Position numbers and translations under genes: made by a program. The notes under the pieces were generated by a model that did no database searches, was not told the origin of the DNA, and saw only the letters and a list, made by a program, of their open reading frames with translations. DNA of 50,486 bases, counting the filler, from Jimgerdemannia flammicorona (lineage: Eukaryota), in NCBI GenBank assembly GCA_003990765.1. It is 2 parts of 2 records of this genome, joined end to end, with 100 filler letters (N's around TTAATTAATTAA, not from the genome) between each part and the next. Parts side by side here need not be neighbours in the genome. Positions count along the whole stretch, not along the records: positions 25,297 to 50,486 come from RBNJ01000869.1; 1 more part is not named here. The stretch is one strand, 5' to 3'. Of this stretch, positions 50,461 through 50,486 are shown one piece after another. Numbering within the stretch: position 1 is the first letter of the stretch; every line of letters begins with the position of its first letter.

Positions 50461-50486
50461 GAGAAGGCTCTGATTTTTTTTTTTTT

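Overview
Eukaryotic DNA, most likely a fungus (short GT-AG introns with CTRAY-type branch points, a fungal-type GH35 remnant, fungal-type transposons; a Mucoromycota-like lineage is only an inference). An artificial N44-TTAATTAATTAA-N44 spacer at 25197-25296 means the two sides may not be adjacent. Bases 1 to about 28200 are a CpG-depleted block of nested, decayed elements. It holds a HECT E3-ligase pseudogene, a spliced pseudogene joining a histone-H3-tail-like N-terminus to a PHD-like finger, and an rve/IS3-like DDE transposase pseudogene; these three may be one large cargo-carrying DNA transposon. It also holds a non-autonomous Ty3/Gypsy element (5958-12964; Gag-dUTPase-protease, RT/RNaseH/integrase deleted, LTRs containing a hidden ORF), hAT-type MITEs, three L1/Tx1-like LINE pieces, a DIRS/Ngaro-like remnant and two solo LTRs. 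From about 28200 onward CpG content is normal. This part holds the last exon of a GPI-type Ser/Thr-rich protein, a SEM1 + GH35 beta-galactosidase chimeric pseudogene, four apparently intact paralogues of an uncharacterised two-TM membrane protein with DEG/ENaC/PAC-like architecture (inverted plus tandem duplication), and a Penelope-like fragment. The best candidates for novelty are the H3-tail-mimic/PHD + HECT transposon cargo, the channel-like gene cluster and the ORF-bearing LTRs.
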